A DNA stretch of 64,000 nucleotides from positions 7,333 to 71,332 of the forward strand of contig CAJUAU010000004.1 in NCBI GenBank assembly GCA_910584645.1. The letters run 5' to 3'. Below are positions 18,656 to 27,502 of this stretch, one piece after another (position 1 is the first letter of the stretch; each line of letters starts with the position of its first letter). The DNA comes from an uncultured Eubacterium sp. GTDB lineage: Bacteria > Bacillota > Clostridia > Lachnospirales > Lachnospiraceae. Both the position numbers and the translations under genes were made by a program. The notes under the pieces are model-generated. The model was not told where the DNA came from. It made no database searches and saw nothing but the letters and a program-made list of their open reading frames with translations.

Positions 18656-21600
18656 TTAACAGTTGGAATCCTTTGGTACAATAAAATAATTAATCTCCCT
18701 GGAATCATCCCCAAGCATTTCAATGTTTTTAACAGTCCTGCTGTCTTTTATATTGGTAGAATCACAGGTGGTGCTTCCACAGTGCTGAACCTCAACTTTG
18801 TAAAATGCTTCCAGGCCTTTAAAACTTTCCAGCAGCCCCGCCACTTCATCAGGGATCATCTGAATGATTTCTCTCACACCAGGGTTACTGATCACCGGAC
18901 ACTGCTCACGCTCTTCCTCCGGCTCTGCCACGTAATTAAGACAAAAAGGACTTTGTCTGGCTATCTTCATAGAATTCAAAAACATGTATATATCATTACG
19001 GATACGATTAATATCTTTTTCCGTCAAAAAAGGTAAAAAATAACGATAAAATACAGTTTGTAAATATGAAAAAACCGAATATAAAACCAAATTACAATAT
19101 CTCTCTAACCTATTATCTTTTTTCTTCGAATCCACTTCTAATTTTATTTCCGTTTCTTTCAAAATATTTAACATCCGCCTTTCTATTTTTTCCATCATTA
19201 ACCTGTATATTTTATTCCGAACTTTTTCTTGAAGTTCATAGAGAAGAGGAGCCATATTCTCATAATCCGTTTCTTTTTTCGTTTGGAAATCACAAAATAT
19301 CTGATCTTCATCAACAAAAAGAGAAGAAAGCCCATATGTTGCTGGACCTGAACTGCCATTAACGGATACCCGGAAATGCTGGTTATTTTCTCCCTCCCCC
19401 CCATCTTCTCTCCATAAAATAAGTTGAGCAATTTCTATATGCGCAGAGCAACCTTTTAAAGGACATTCTTCATTTATTATATTTGCATCTGGCAATTTAA
19501 ATATAATTTCATCATTAGTCATATTTTTTCTCCCCTTGCACTCTTCACAAGAAGCCCATGTAGCATACGAAAAAATGCCCTCTTCCTCTTCGTTCTCTCC
19601 CATACGCATAAAGCCTTTTATCTGAAGCCCAGAATTATCTTTACATATTACACGATCATATATCTTATCTTTATACTCATGTATTATACAAATATTTTTA
19701 TCAGCTTCTCCTTTTTTCTTACACCTTTCATATATACAATCTGCCAGTTTCTTCTCCAACGGATTCGCATGTTGTCCGACACATATATAGTTAACATCCT
19801 CTGCAACCTCGTCCTTTTCCTCATCAGGTAAACTTATTAATACATATTCACCAATTACAGAACGTTTTGATAAATAATGCGACAACTCTGAAACGGCATC
19901 CAGATCCCATTTTGCGACACGCCGTCTCGGATTATAATCATTTACATCTTTATCATTATACTGTGATAAATAAATTCTTAGACGATTATAACGAAGCATG
20001 ATATTCCAAAACCGCCTTCGATAATAAGATTCCAATGCTACTCTGTTTTTTATTTGAGTTTCTTTATCATTTGATTGTTTTTTTATATCCGCTCCTACTT
20101 TCTCCCAGGATTTATCATCGTCTTCCTCATGCAGCTCTAAGTATTCCCACTTTTTAAATCCATGCCAGGTCGCATCAGAAGGAATGATCTTAGAATGCTT
20201 TTCGATACCAAACTGTGCTAATGCTAATTGATGATAAAATCCTTCTGTGTCATGAGAATAGTAATATGCTGTCCACAAACCGGCAACATCAAAAATGTTT
20301 CTATCAATATTTTTAATGTCTCCCTCTATTATTTGCCTTTCTTTTTCTGAAAGCTCATTTTTAACAGTTATAGCATAAATCTCTGCCCCATGTGCCGCAC
20401 CAAGCCAAAATAATGATTGGGGACTATTATTGGTAATATCTACTACTATTTCATTTGTATAGCAAAGGGTTCTAAGCATCACATGATATAGGCAAAAAGC
20501 CTTTAATGCATTGCACTGCGTGTTGTCAACCTTTAGAATATTTGGTGTCACTTGATTCTTTATTCGCTCAACATATACAGGATTGTCAGGATATACAATC
20601 ATCCCTCTATTTCCAATATATTCTTTCACAAAACGTTTTATTTCTTTTTGATATGTTTCCGACGCTCCATTAGGCTGTGTTTTATCTGTAACTTTTTTTA
20701 GTATACTATCATCCTCTGCCTGTACTTTCTCTTTTGCAGCCAGATAAGTCGCCTGATTCACTCCGATATGTATAATCTCCCCTACATTATAAAGAAGATA
20801 TCTTTCATTTTTCGCATCTTTATCGCCGTCCGGAATCACATGCCCTTGTACCAATACACCCACACGTTCTCCACAAAAGCACTGTTCCCTCTGCATCCTT
20901 TCTGTGATACTATGATAAAAATTCACGATGCACAAACCAGCTTGGTCTTCATTCAAGAACCCTTCCATTGTATAAACCACTAATGTATTATCCTGTTTCG
21001 TAGCATGATTATACTGCTTCTTTAGTTTATTATAAATGACTTTACCTATTTGTTCTTGTTTATTTCCCTCTATTTGTATCATTTCATCATAAGGAAACTG
21101 TCTATATTGTCCATCTGAAAATCCATATAATCTATTAACTGCCTTATCATATTTAAGATAATAAGTATTAGAAGACTTATCATCTTTCTCATTTTGTTTA
21201 AAACGGATTCCATAATATTCAAACAGATTTTTCCGCCATGGGTAACATCCTATGTGGTGTTGGATATCATTCAAATTAGCTATATCCTTCTCGTTCTTAA
21301 GTTCCATCTTTTTTATCTCATCTGGAAACTCTAATTTATAAAAACTCTCGCTAAAACAAATTGGTAAAATTAGCTTCTCCAAAGCAACTGCCATTCCAAA
21401 CTCATAAAATACATTTGGATTCTGAAGAGATACATCTACTATTACAAGATCTGCTATCTGGATCTGTTGGCAAATCCGGCTGCAGATGACATAATTAGAG
21501 GCTGGACTTGAGTCCGACCGGACTACCTTGATCTTGTCAACCTTCTTCATTCCAGCCATACTGCTATTTTTCTTTACACTACAGTACAATCTGTTATTTT

Positions 21601-21937
21601 TCATGTCCACGTATAAATATTTTGCCAGTGACTTAACAAATATCTCAATTCGCCATTTGTATACAACGTCAGACATATCAGAAAAATTCATGATTACAAA
21701 GGCAGAAATTGTAATTTTCTCCTTTCCTTCTTTATCTTTATTTTCATATAATTTTTTTCTTTCCCGCTGAATATTTGTTTTTTGTGAACAATATTCACCA
21801 CTCATAAAACATCGTCGGGTATGTGTACTATTCTCCGTAGAAATATAGCATGTCTGGCATACTTTTAAACCAGAACCTATATTCTCGCAATTTCCAGCAC
21901 AATTACGATTGTCATCACTCTTTTTACTTTCATCCAT
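18656..21937 (-). CDS. Large (1,093 aa) multidomain protein of unknown function: N-terminal Cys4 zinc ribbon, NDT/TIR-like Rossmannoid module, second degenerate module of the same type, further Cys-rich region; candidate signal-generating partner of the adjacent Macro effector
   Basis: Uninterrupted 3.3-kb ORF in very AT-rich DNA. Start placed at the ATG at 21937 (AAAGGGGAGA RBS) rather than the TTG at 21976. Motifs: CAGNC-x9-CQTC; FVIMNFSD...ADLVIVDVSLQNPNVFYEFGMAVALEKLILPI; later EIVVDITNNSPQSLFWLGAAHGAEIYAITV; CEECKG...ECPLKGC. No match to a protein family I can name beyond the NDT/TIR-like fold. Confidence 0.65.
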   Translation of the reverse strand: MDESKKSDDNRNCAGNCENIGSGLKVCQTCYISTENSTHTRRCFMSGEYCSQKTNIQRERKKLYENKDKEGKEKITISAFVIMNFSDMSDVVYKWRIEIFVKSLAKYLYVDMKNNRLYCSVKKNSSMAGMKKVDKIKVVRSDSSPASNYVICSRICQQIQIADLVIVDVSLQNPNVFYEFGMAVALEKLILPICFSESFYKLEFPDEIKKMELKNEKDIANLNDIQHHIGCYPWRKNLFEYYGIRFKQNEKDDKSSNTYYLKYDKAVNRLYGFSDGQYRQFPYDEMIQIEGNKQEQIGKVIYNKLKKQYNHATKQDNTLVVYTMEGFLNEDQAGLCIVNFYHSITERMQREQCFCGERVGVLVQGHVIPDGDKDAKNERYLLYNVGEIIHIGVNQATYLAAKEKVQAEDDSILKKVTDKTQPNGASETYQKEIKRFVKEYIGNRGMIVYPDNPVYVERIKNQVTPNILKVDNTQCNALKAFCLYHVMLRTLCYTNEIVVDITNNSPQSLFWLGAAHGAEIYAITVKNELSEKERQIIEGDIKNIDRNIFDVAGLWTAYYYSHDTEGFYHQLALAQFGIEKHSKIIPSDATWHGFKKWEYLELHEEDDDKSWEKVGADIKKQSNDKETQIKNRVALESYYRRRFWNIMLRYNRLRIYLSQYNDKDVNDYNPRRRVAKWDLDAVSELSHYLSKRSVIGEYVLISLPDEEKDEVAEDVNYICVGQHANPLEKKLADCIYERCKKKGEADKNICIIHEYKDKIYDRVICKDNSGLQIKGFMRMGENEEEEGIFSYATWASCEECKGRKNMTNDEIIFKLPDANIINEECPLKGCSAHIEIAQLILWREDGGEGENNQHFRVSVNGSSGPATYGLSSLFVDEDQIFCDFQTKKETDYENMAPLLYELQEKVRNKIYRLMMEKIERRMLNILKETEIKLEVDSKKKDNRLERYCNLVLYSVFSYLQTVFYRYFLPFLTEKDINRIRNDIYMFLNSMKIARQSPFCLNYVAEPEEEREQCPVISNPGVREIIQMIPDEVAGLLESFKGLEAFYKVEVQHCGSTTCDSTNIKDSRTVKNIEMLGDDSREINYFIVPKDSNC

Positions 21938-21972
21938 TTCAAATGTCTCCCCTTTGCTTACTCTATGTAAAT

Positions 21973-22860
21973 TCAATCATATATCGATACCTGGCTCTTT
22001 TGTTCAGAATAAATTACGATATTCACAGTCCCCCGGATTTCATCCGCATGTAATTGGAAAAAAGACTTTAATATTCTTACAGAATCTTTGGGGCTTAAGT
22101 CTGCCCCCGACAATCCAGTTCCCATCAGAGGCAGATATAGGTCATATCCCTGTCCCTTTTTCCGTTGAAAATCTAAAATTGATTCCGCACACTGGATCAC
22201 TTTATCTTTTGAGCTCTGTGCATTATTATTTTCATCGAACTCGGACAGGGCCACCAGAAGAAACGTAACTTTATTGCTGCCAGCAACCGGTACGACAGTT
22301 CCGATCTCATAATTATTCAAATTCCCCCGTTCTTTCTTCTCACGCAGCAATATCTCTTTGGGGATTCTACTTTCAAGATATTCACTGATTTTCCTATCCA
22401 GTTCACTTCTGTCCATCCTCTCCTCACAAAATTTCAGCAGCCATTGCCCGTGAATTGCCTCGGGAGAAACTAATAGCTTTTTATTTTCTGCAATATTCTC
22501 ATCTACAATCGTATCAAAACATGTATTCACTGGAATAACCACCGTTCTTTTTTCTCTGTTTTTCTTTGGAAACCCTAATCTCATAATATCTCCGTAACAG
22601 ATACCTATCTTATTGATCCCCTTCTCATAAACAGTAAATTCCTTTTTCAAAACACAGATCCACAACAACGCAGCCGATATGCTAAACAGAATAATGCAGA
22701 TAAAAACAATGGATTTGCCAAAAAAACCTTGAATGTTAAGATCTTCCCATGTCACAAAGGAAAGCAAAATCGTAAGACCAGAAAATAACGTGGCTGCTAC
22801 TTTGCACGCTGCCTTTAGTACCCGTCTGCTATTATATCCTGCCATCTCAATGACTTCCAT
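21973..22860 (-). CDS. 2TM + Macro-domain protein, resembling the type II Thoeris effector ThsA
   Basis: ATG at 22860 with GAGGGGGAG RBS. Two hydrophobic helices (AATLFSGLTILLSFVTW, SIVFICIILFSISAALLWICVL). C-terminal ~200 aa carry Macro-like motifs RTVVIPVNTCFDT, SPEAIHGQWL and DLYLPLMGTGLSGADL. Confidence 0.65.
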   Translation of the reverse strand: MEVIEMAGYNSRRVLKAACKVAATLFSGLTILLSFVTWEDLNIQGFFGKSIVFICIILFSISAALLWICVLKKEFTVYEKGINKIGICYGDIMRLGFPKKNREKRTVVIPVNTCFDTIVDENIAENKKLLVSPEAIHGQWLLKFCEERMDRSELDRKISEYLESRIPKEILLREKKERGNLNNYEIGTVVPVAGSNKVTFLLVALSEFDENNNAQSSKDKVIQCAESILDFQRKKGQGYDLYLPLMGTGLSGADLSPKDSVRILKSFFQLHADEIRGTVNIVIYSEQKSQVSIYD

Positions 22861-22891
22861 GAAAAACTCCCCCTCTCATATTCTTTTTTTC

Positions 22892-22920
22892 ATTATATAA
22901 TACATGGTTTCTTCCCACAA
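22892..22920 (-). promoter_or_regulatory. Candidate promoter of the two-gene island
   Basis: On the minus strand: TTGTGG, 17 nt, TATAAT, ~30 nt upstream of the ATG at 22860 and downstream of the rpe terminator. Confidence 0.3.
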
Positions 22921-23018
22921 TCCGCCATCATTCTTCTTTTTCCACTGTTTTTATTACATATTTCCTCATTTACAGATACGAAAAATAATGTTTTTTCGCC
23001 GACGGTATTCCTTCCATG

Positions 23019-23066
23019 CAAAAAAGAAGTGCATTTTTCTCTGCCACCAGAGATTCAAATGCACTC
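23019..23066 (-). terminator. Rho-independent terminator ending the priA...rpe block
   Basis: Arms agtgcattt (23028-23036) and aaatgcact (23057-23065), with an inner tctctg/cagaga helix. On the minus strand a T-run follows (plus-strand A6 at 23020-23025). It lies 26 nt after the rpe stop. Confidence 0.65.
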
Positions 23067-23091
23067 CTTTATCTTATTCCTAAAAAACCAA

Positions 23092-23751
23092 TCAGTACTG
23101 CTCCAGGATACTGCGGAAATTTTTCATATTCTCTTCCACATCCCCATGAAAAACCTTGGTGCCGGCAACGATCACATTGGCTCCGGCGTCCAGAACTTCC
23201 CTGACATTTTCCAGGTCCACCCCGCCGTCCACTTCGATATCCACATCCAGATCATGTTCCTCTATGTACTGGCGCAGACGAAGGATCTTATCAAAGGTAT
23301 CCCTCCGGATCTTCTGTCCGCCATAGCCGGGTTCCACCGTCATGACCAATACCATATATACCTTGGGAAGGATGTCCAGTATGGTGTCAATGTCTGTACG
23401 GGGCTTTATGGATACCGCTGCCTTTTTTCCATAATTATGTATCTCATCAATGGTAGCCTCCAGATCCTCGCAGGCCTCCACATGGACCGTGATCCCATCA
23501 GCTCCCGCTTCTGCAAAATCCCGGATATAACGTATGGGTTCATGGACCATCAGATGGACGTCAAAAAAAGTGTCCACACATTTACGTATTCCCTCTACAA
23601 CCGGCACGCCAAAAGAAATATTCTGTACAAACATGCCATCCATGATATCAATATGTATATAGTCTGCCCCTGCCTGGCTCACCGCAGCAAGCTCCTCCCC
23701 AAACCTGGATACATCTGCGGCAAGAATCGACGGTGATATTTTGTAAACCAT
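23092..23751 (-). CDS. rpe: Ribulose-phosphate 3-epimerase
   Basis: ISPSILAAD...HIDIMDGMFVQNISFG...HLMV...VMTVEPGYGGQ...VDGG. Confidence 0.9.
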   Translation of the reverse strand: MVYKISPSILAADVSRFGEELAAVSQAGADYIHIDIMDGMFVQNISFGVPVVEGIRKCVDTFFDVHLMVHEPIRYIRDFAEAGADGITVHVEACEDLEATIDEIHNYGKKAAVSIKPRTDIDTILDILPKVYMVLVMTVEPGYGGQKIRRDTFDKILRLRQYIEEHDLDVDIEVDGGVDLENVREVLDAGANVIVAGTKVFHGDVEENMKNFRSILEQY

Positions 23752-23771
23752 AAAAATACCTGACCTTTCAT

Positions 23772-24674
23772 TTAGTTGTATTTACGCCTTTCCCACTCCT
23801 TCAGCTCCTCGTACATCTGCACGTAGTTTTCATAGCGCACCGGACTGATCTGGTCCTGGTCCAGTGCTTCCTTGACCTTGCAGTCTGGCTCATGGGTATG
23901 GGTACATCCCATAAAACGGCAGCCGCCCTCATAAGGGGCAAACTCCGTAAAGTACTTCCTAAGTTCTTCCTTCTCCATTTCGGGAACCCGTAAAGAACTG
24001 AATCCTGGTGTGTCAAACAGATAAGTCCCCTCTCCCACACAAAAAAGTTCGGAATGCCTCGTGGTATGCTTTCCCCTTCCGATCTTTTCGCTGACCTCTC
24101 CGGTCTGGGAGGCGGCCTCTGGGAAAATCTGGTTGAGTATGCTGGATTTCCCAACCCCGGAAGGTCCCGCGAGAACGCTTGTCCTGCCCTCCAGCAGCTG
24201 GTGGATCTGATCCATGCCGATATTCTCCCTGCTGCTGACAAAAAGCACTTTGCTGGCGCACTTTTCATATGCTGCCAGCAGCTGCACTTCCTCTTCTTTC
24301 GTAACAATATCTAACTTATTAAAACAGATGGCGGTGTCGATGCCCTGCATCTCCATCATCACCAGAAAACGGTCCAGAAGATTCAGATTAGGCTGCGGCT
24401 CTGCCATGGCAAATATGATCAGTGCCTGATCGATATTTGCCACCTCCGGCCGGATAAGCCTGTTTTTTCTTGGCAGGATCTTTTGGATATTTCCCAGCCC
24501 CTTCTCCTCCGAAGTGGCCTGGATCACCACATTATCACCGACAAGGGGCTTTATCTTATCTTTTCGGAAAATCCCCTTTGCCCTGCACTCATAAAGCTTC
24601 TCTCCGGTCTCTGTCAAACAGTTCACATAGTAGAAACCGGCGATGCCTTTTATAATCTTTCCCTCTAATTCCAT
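23772..24674 (-). CDS. rsgA: Ribosome small-subunit-dependent GTPase A
   Basis: Circularly permuted GTPase: NKLD, then GPSGVGKSSILN, DTPGF, and a C-terminal zinc knuckle CRFMGCTHTHEPDC. Confidence 0.9.
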   Translation of the reverse strand: MELEGKIIKGIAGFYYVNCLTETGEKLYECRAKGIFRKDKIKPLVGDNVVIQATSEEKGLGNIQKILPRKNRLIRPEVANIDQALIIFAMAEPQPNLNLLDRFLVMMEMQGIDTAICFNKLDIVTKEEEVQLLAAYEKCASKVLFVSSRENIGMDQIHQLLEGRTSVLAGPSGVGKSSILNQIFPEAASQTGEVSEKIGRGKHTTRHSELFCVGEGTYLFDTPGFSSLRVPEMEKEELRKYFTEFAPYEGGCRFMGCTHTHEPDCKVKEALDQDQISPVRYENYVQMYEELKEWERRKYN

Positions 24675-26719
24675 CAGCCGGCAACCCTCTTCAAAGTAAC
24701 ATTATAGGTCGCCACCAGGGAACCATCACGATACACACTCAAGGTAGCGGCACCAGCATTTTCACCTTCCACCTCTAACTGGAATGGGAAATTGTGATAG
24801 CTCATTGTAGCTGTCTTTACAACTTTATCCTGGCCGTCCTGGGTAAGCACAAACTTAAATTCAGCCGACGGATCTGTCTCATACTCGAAAGGATTGTTGA
24901 TGGTGACAGACCCCTTATATACATAGGTCTGCTCTTCCCCAAGACTGAGAGTTATATCCACAGCGGTTCCTTCTTCCACCTGTTTGCCTGCAGCAACACT
25001 CTGTACACACACACGGTTTTTCTGGGTCGAGGAATAATTCTTCGTCTCATTTCCATAAACCAGCCCGGCTGCCTTAAGGGCCGCCTTTGCCTCACTCCTG
25101 GTTTTGCCGATGAGATTCGGAACTTTGGTAAATTTGGTCTCCTCACCCTTGCTGGGGTAAATCGTAATGGTAGCGCCTTTTTCAGCTTTTTTCCCAGCTG
25201 CCGGATCTGTATATGCCACTTTTCCGACCTCTTCGCTGCTATATACATCTGCCCCCTGCTTCACAGAAAATCCCTGTTCCTGGAGCGCCGTAATGGCATC
25301 GGTAATGGTTTTTCCACTGGTTTCCGGAACGCTGATCTTTTCCTCACCGGTGCTGACTACGAGGGTCACGGTACTTCCGGCAGCCACCTTGGATCCTGCT
25401 CCTGGCTCGGTCCGGATCACCTTATCTTTATCCACATCATCCGAGGCTTCTTCTTCAATCTCATATTTTATATCTTCATTGCCCAGCTCCACAATGACGC
25501 TGTCCTTCAGCTGACCTGCAAAATCAGGAAGTACATAATCCCCGGTTTCTTCTGCACCAGGTGTAGGTGAAGCCGTTACTTTTGCTTTATTATCTTCATT
25601 TTTTTCATCGCCGCCGGAACTGCCCCATAGTCCGATAAACCGTCCCAGCATATAGATCACCACCAGGCCGATGATGATCGCCACAGCAATACTTCCAAAG
25701 ACAAGGGCCTTTTCCAGTTTCGGATCCACATCAGATTTGCTCTCTTCTTCTTCCTCCGGCTCCTCTTCTGGCATCCCATAATCTTCCTTCGGGGTCATAC
25801 CTGTTCTGGAAGCATTTTTCAAAGTATTCACGTCATCCTTTGACATAAAAATGGTTCCCCCATTCTCATAAAGACTGCCGATGACACCGTAATCCCCGCT
25901 GGGATCCTGCAAAAACATCTTGAGGTCTGCAATAAGATCTGCAGCACTGATATAGCGGAGTTCCGTCTTTTTCTGCATACATTTATTTACAATATTACTA
26001 AGACCTCTTGGAATTGTCGCATCCATTGCTGCCAGAGGTGTAGCATCATCCTGGATATGAGAGAGGGCGATCGCCACCGCGCTCTCTCCGGTAAATGGAA
26101 GGGTCCCGCTGATCATCTCATACATAGTGACGCCAAGAGAATAGATATCACTTTTTTCATCACTGTATCCCCCTCTTGCCTGCTCTGGAGAAATGTAATG
26201 AACCGATCCCATAGCGTTAGCAGTGATCGTATTGGAACTTGCCGCCTTGGCAATTCCGAAATCACTGAGCTTCGCAGTGCCATCGCGGGCGATCAGTATA
26301 TTCTGGGGCTTGATATCTCTATGAATAATATTATGCCTGTGGGCAGCATCCAGACCATTGGCGATCTGCAGGGATATCCCAACTGCCTCCTTTACGGTAA
26401 GTTTCCCTTTTTCTTCAATATATTTTTTTAATGTTATACCATCAATCAGCTCCATGACAATATAATACATGCCATTTTCTTCTCCTACATCATAGATGCT
26501 GACAATATTCGGATGTGATATGCAGGCCACTGCCTGAGCTTCTCCGCGGAATTTCGTAACAAATTTGGTATCTTCACTATATTCCTGTTTTAGGATCTTT
26601 ATGGCAACAAACCGGTTGAGACGATGGCATTTGGCGCGAAAGACATCTGCCATTCCGCCAGAGCCAACTTTCTCCACAATCTCGTATCTGTCGCCGATTA
26701 TGGTTCCTACACTTACCAA
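24674..26719 (-). CDS. prkC: Ser/Thr protein kinase with PASTA repeats (PrkC/PknB type)
   Basis: GSGGMADVF, HRDIKPQNIL, DFG, one TM helix, then repeated PASTA-like units (VPNLIGKTRSEAKAALKAAGL, etc.). Confidence 0.9.
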   Translation of the reverse strand: MVSVGTIIGDRYEIVEKVGSGGMADVFRAKCHRLNRFVAIKILKQEYSEDTKFVTKFRGEAQAVACISHPNIVSIYDVGEENGMYYIVMELIDGITLKKYIEEKGKLTVKEAVGISLQIANGLDAAHRHNIIHRDIKPQNILIARDGTAKLSDFGIAKAASSNTITANAMGSVHYISPEQARGGYSDEKSDIYSLGVTMYEMISGTLPFTGESAVAIALSHIQDDATPLAAMDATIPRGLSNIVNKCMQKKTELRYISAADLIADLKMFLQDPSGDYGVIGSLYENGGTIFMSKDDVNTLKNASRTGMTPKEDYGMPEEEPEEEEESKSDVDPKLEKALVFGSIAVAIIIGLVVIYMLGRFIGLWGSSGGDEKNEDNKAKVTASPTPGAEETGDYVLPDFAGQLKDSVIVELGNEDIKYEIEEEASDDVDKDKVIRTEPGAGSKVAAGSTVTLVVSTGEEKISVPETSGKTITDAITALQEQGFSVKQGADVYSSEEVGKVAYTDPAAGKKAEKGATITIYPSKGEETKFTKVPNLIGKTRSEAKAALKAAGLVYGNETKNYSSTQKNRVCVQSVAAGKQVEEGTAVDITLSLGEEQTYVYKGSVTINNPFEYETDPSAEFKFVLTQDGQDKVVKTATMSYHNFPFQLEVEGENAGAATLSVYRDGSLVATYNVTLKRVAG

Positions 26720-26767
26720 AACAATTCCTCCATTCTCTATTCTAAGCGTTCACAAATGGACACCGTT

Positions 26768-27490
26768 CTATACCTGGATCAAAACGACGCTGATATTGTC
26801 TTTTCCTCCGGCTTCATTTGCCGCCTCTACCAGCTGTTTTCCTGCTTCTCCCATATCTTCTCTATTGCTCCTGATGATCCTCTCGATCTTTTCATCTTCA
26901 AGCATATTGGACAATCCATCTGAACACAACAAAAGCACGTCCCCCTCGTCCACTTCGATTTCAAAGCAATCTGCCTTCACTTCGCTGTTTGTACCAAGAG
27001 CCCGCGTTATAATATTTTTATTGGGATGTGTACGCATATCCTCCTTGTGGAGTTTTCCTGACTGGACCATCTCTTCCACAAGAGAATGGTCGATCGTGAC
27101 CTGTCTGAACGTATCTTTGTACACATACAGCCTTGAATCACCTACGTTTACAATATAGGCGGTATCTCCCAACACCACAGCCGCAACTATCGTCGTCCCC
27201 ATTCCATTCAGTGCCTTTTCACTGAGGGAAGCCTGGAAAACCTTTTCGTTGGCAGCTGCCACCGCCTGTTCAAAGATTCCGATCGGTGTCACTTTTGTAC
27301 TTTGTTCAATCTGTGAGACAACTTCCTCTACACACATCCGTGAAGCGGTGTCTCCCGCATTGTGGCCTCCCATACCGTCAGCCACAATAAACAGATTCGG
27401 GAAACTTCCAACAGCATTCTCTTGACAAAACACATAATCCTGGTTGGTGTTTCTGGTGCGTCCCTTATCTGTTATAGAAAATGTTTGCAC
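26768..27490 (-). CDS. stp: PP2C-family Ser/Thr phosphatase (Stp/PrpC)
   Basis: RTRNTNQD, ADGMGGHNAG, LLLCSDGL, GGKDNISVV. Confidence 0.9.
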   Translation of the reverse strand: MQTFSITDKGRTRNTNQDYVFCQENAVGSFPNLFIVADGMGGHNAGDTASRMCVEEVVSQIEQSTKVTPIGIFEQAVAAANEKVFQASLSEKALNGMGTTIVAAVVLGDTAYIVNVGDSRLYVYKDTFRQVTIDHSLVEEMVQSGKLHKEDMRTHPNKNIITRALGTNSEVKADCFEIEVDEGDVLLLCSDGLSNMLEDEKIERIIRSNREDMGEAGKQLVEAANEAGGKDNISVVLIQV

Positions 27491-27502
27491 AGTTTGACCT
27501 CC

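Noticed and set aside
21938-21976. TTG start of the large island ORF, giving a 4-nt overlap with the Macro gene
   Set aside because: No SD sequence precedes the TTG, whereas the ATG at 21937 has AAAGGGGAGA at proper spacing. The longer form cannot be excluded but is less likely.
18600-22960. att-like direct repeats bounding the low-GC island
   Set aside because: The only shared string I found at both edges is the 8-mer ttacatat, which is expected by chance in AT-rich DNA.
23029-23736. 235-aa plus-strand ORF
   Set aside because: It lies entirely antisense to rpe, whose product has unmistakable epimerase motifs. The ORF has no RBS and a low-complexity, odd composition, so it is a shadow ORF.
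24794-25570. 258-aa plus-strand ORF. The same pattern occurs at 27362-28228, 34358-35014, 4443-5120, 60577-61197 and 62221-62997 (plus strand), and at 39740-40441 (minus strand).
   Set aside because: All are antisense shadows of confidently identified genes (prkC, rlmN, murF, histidine kinase, pflB, fabF, typA). They have no recognisable motifs or ribosome-binding sites.
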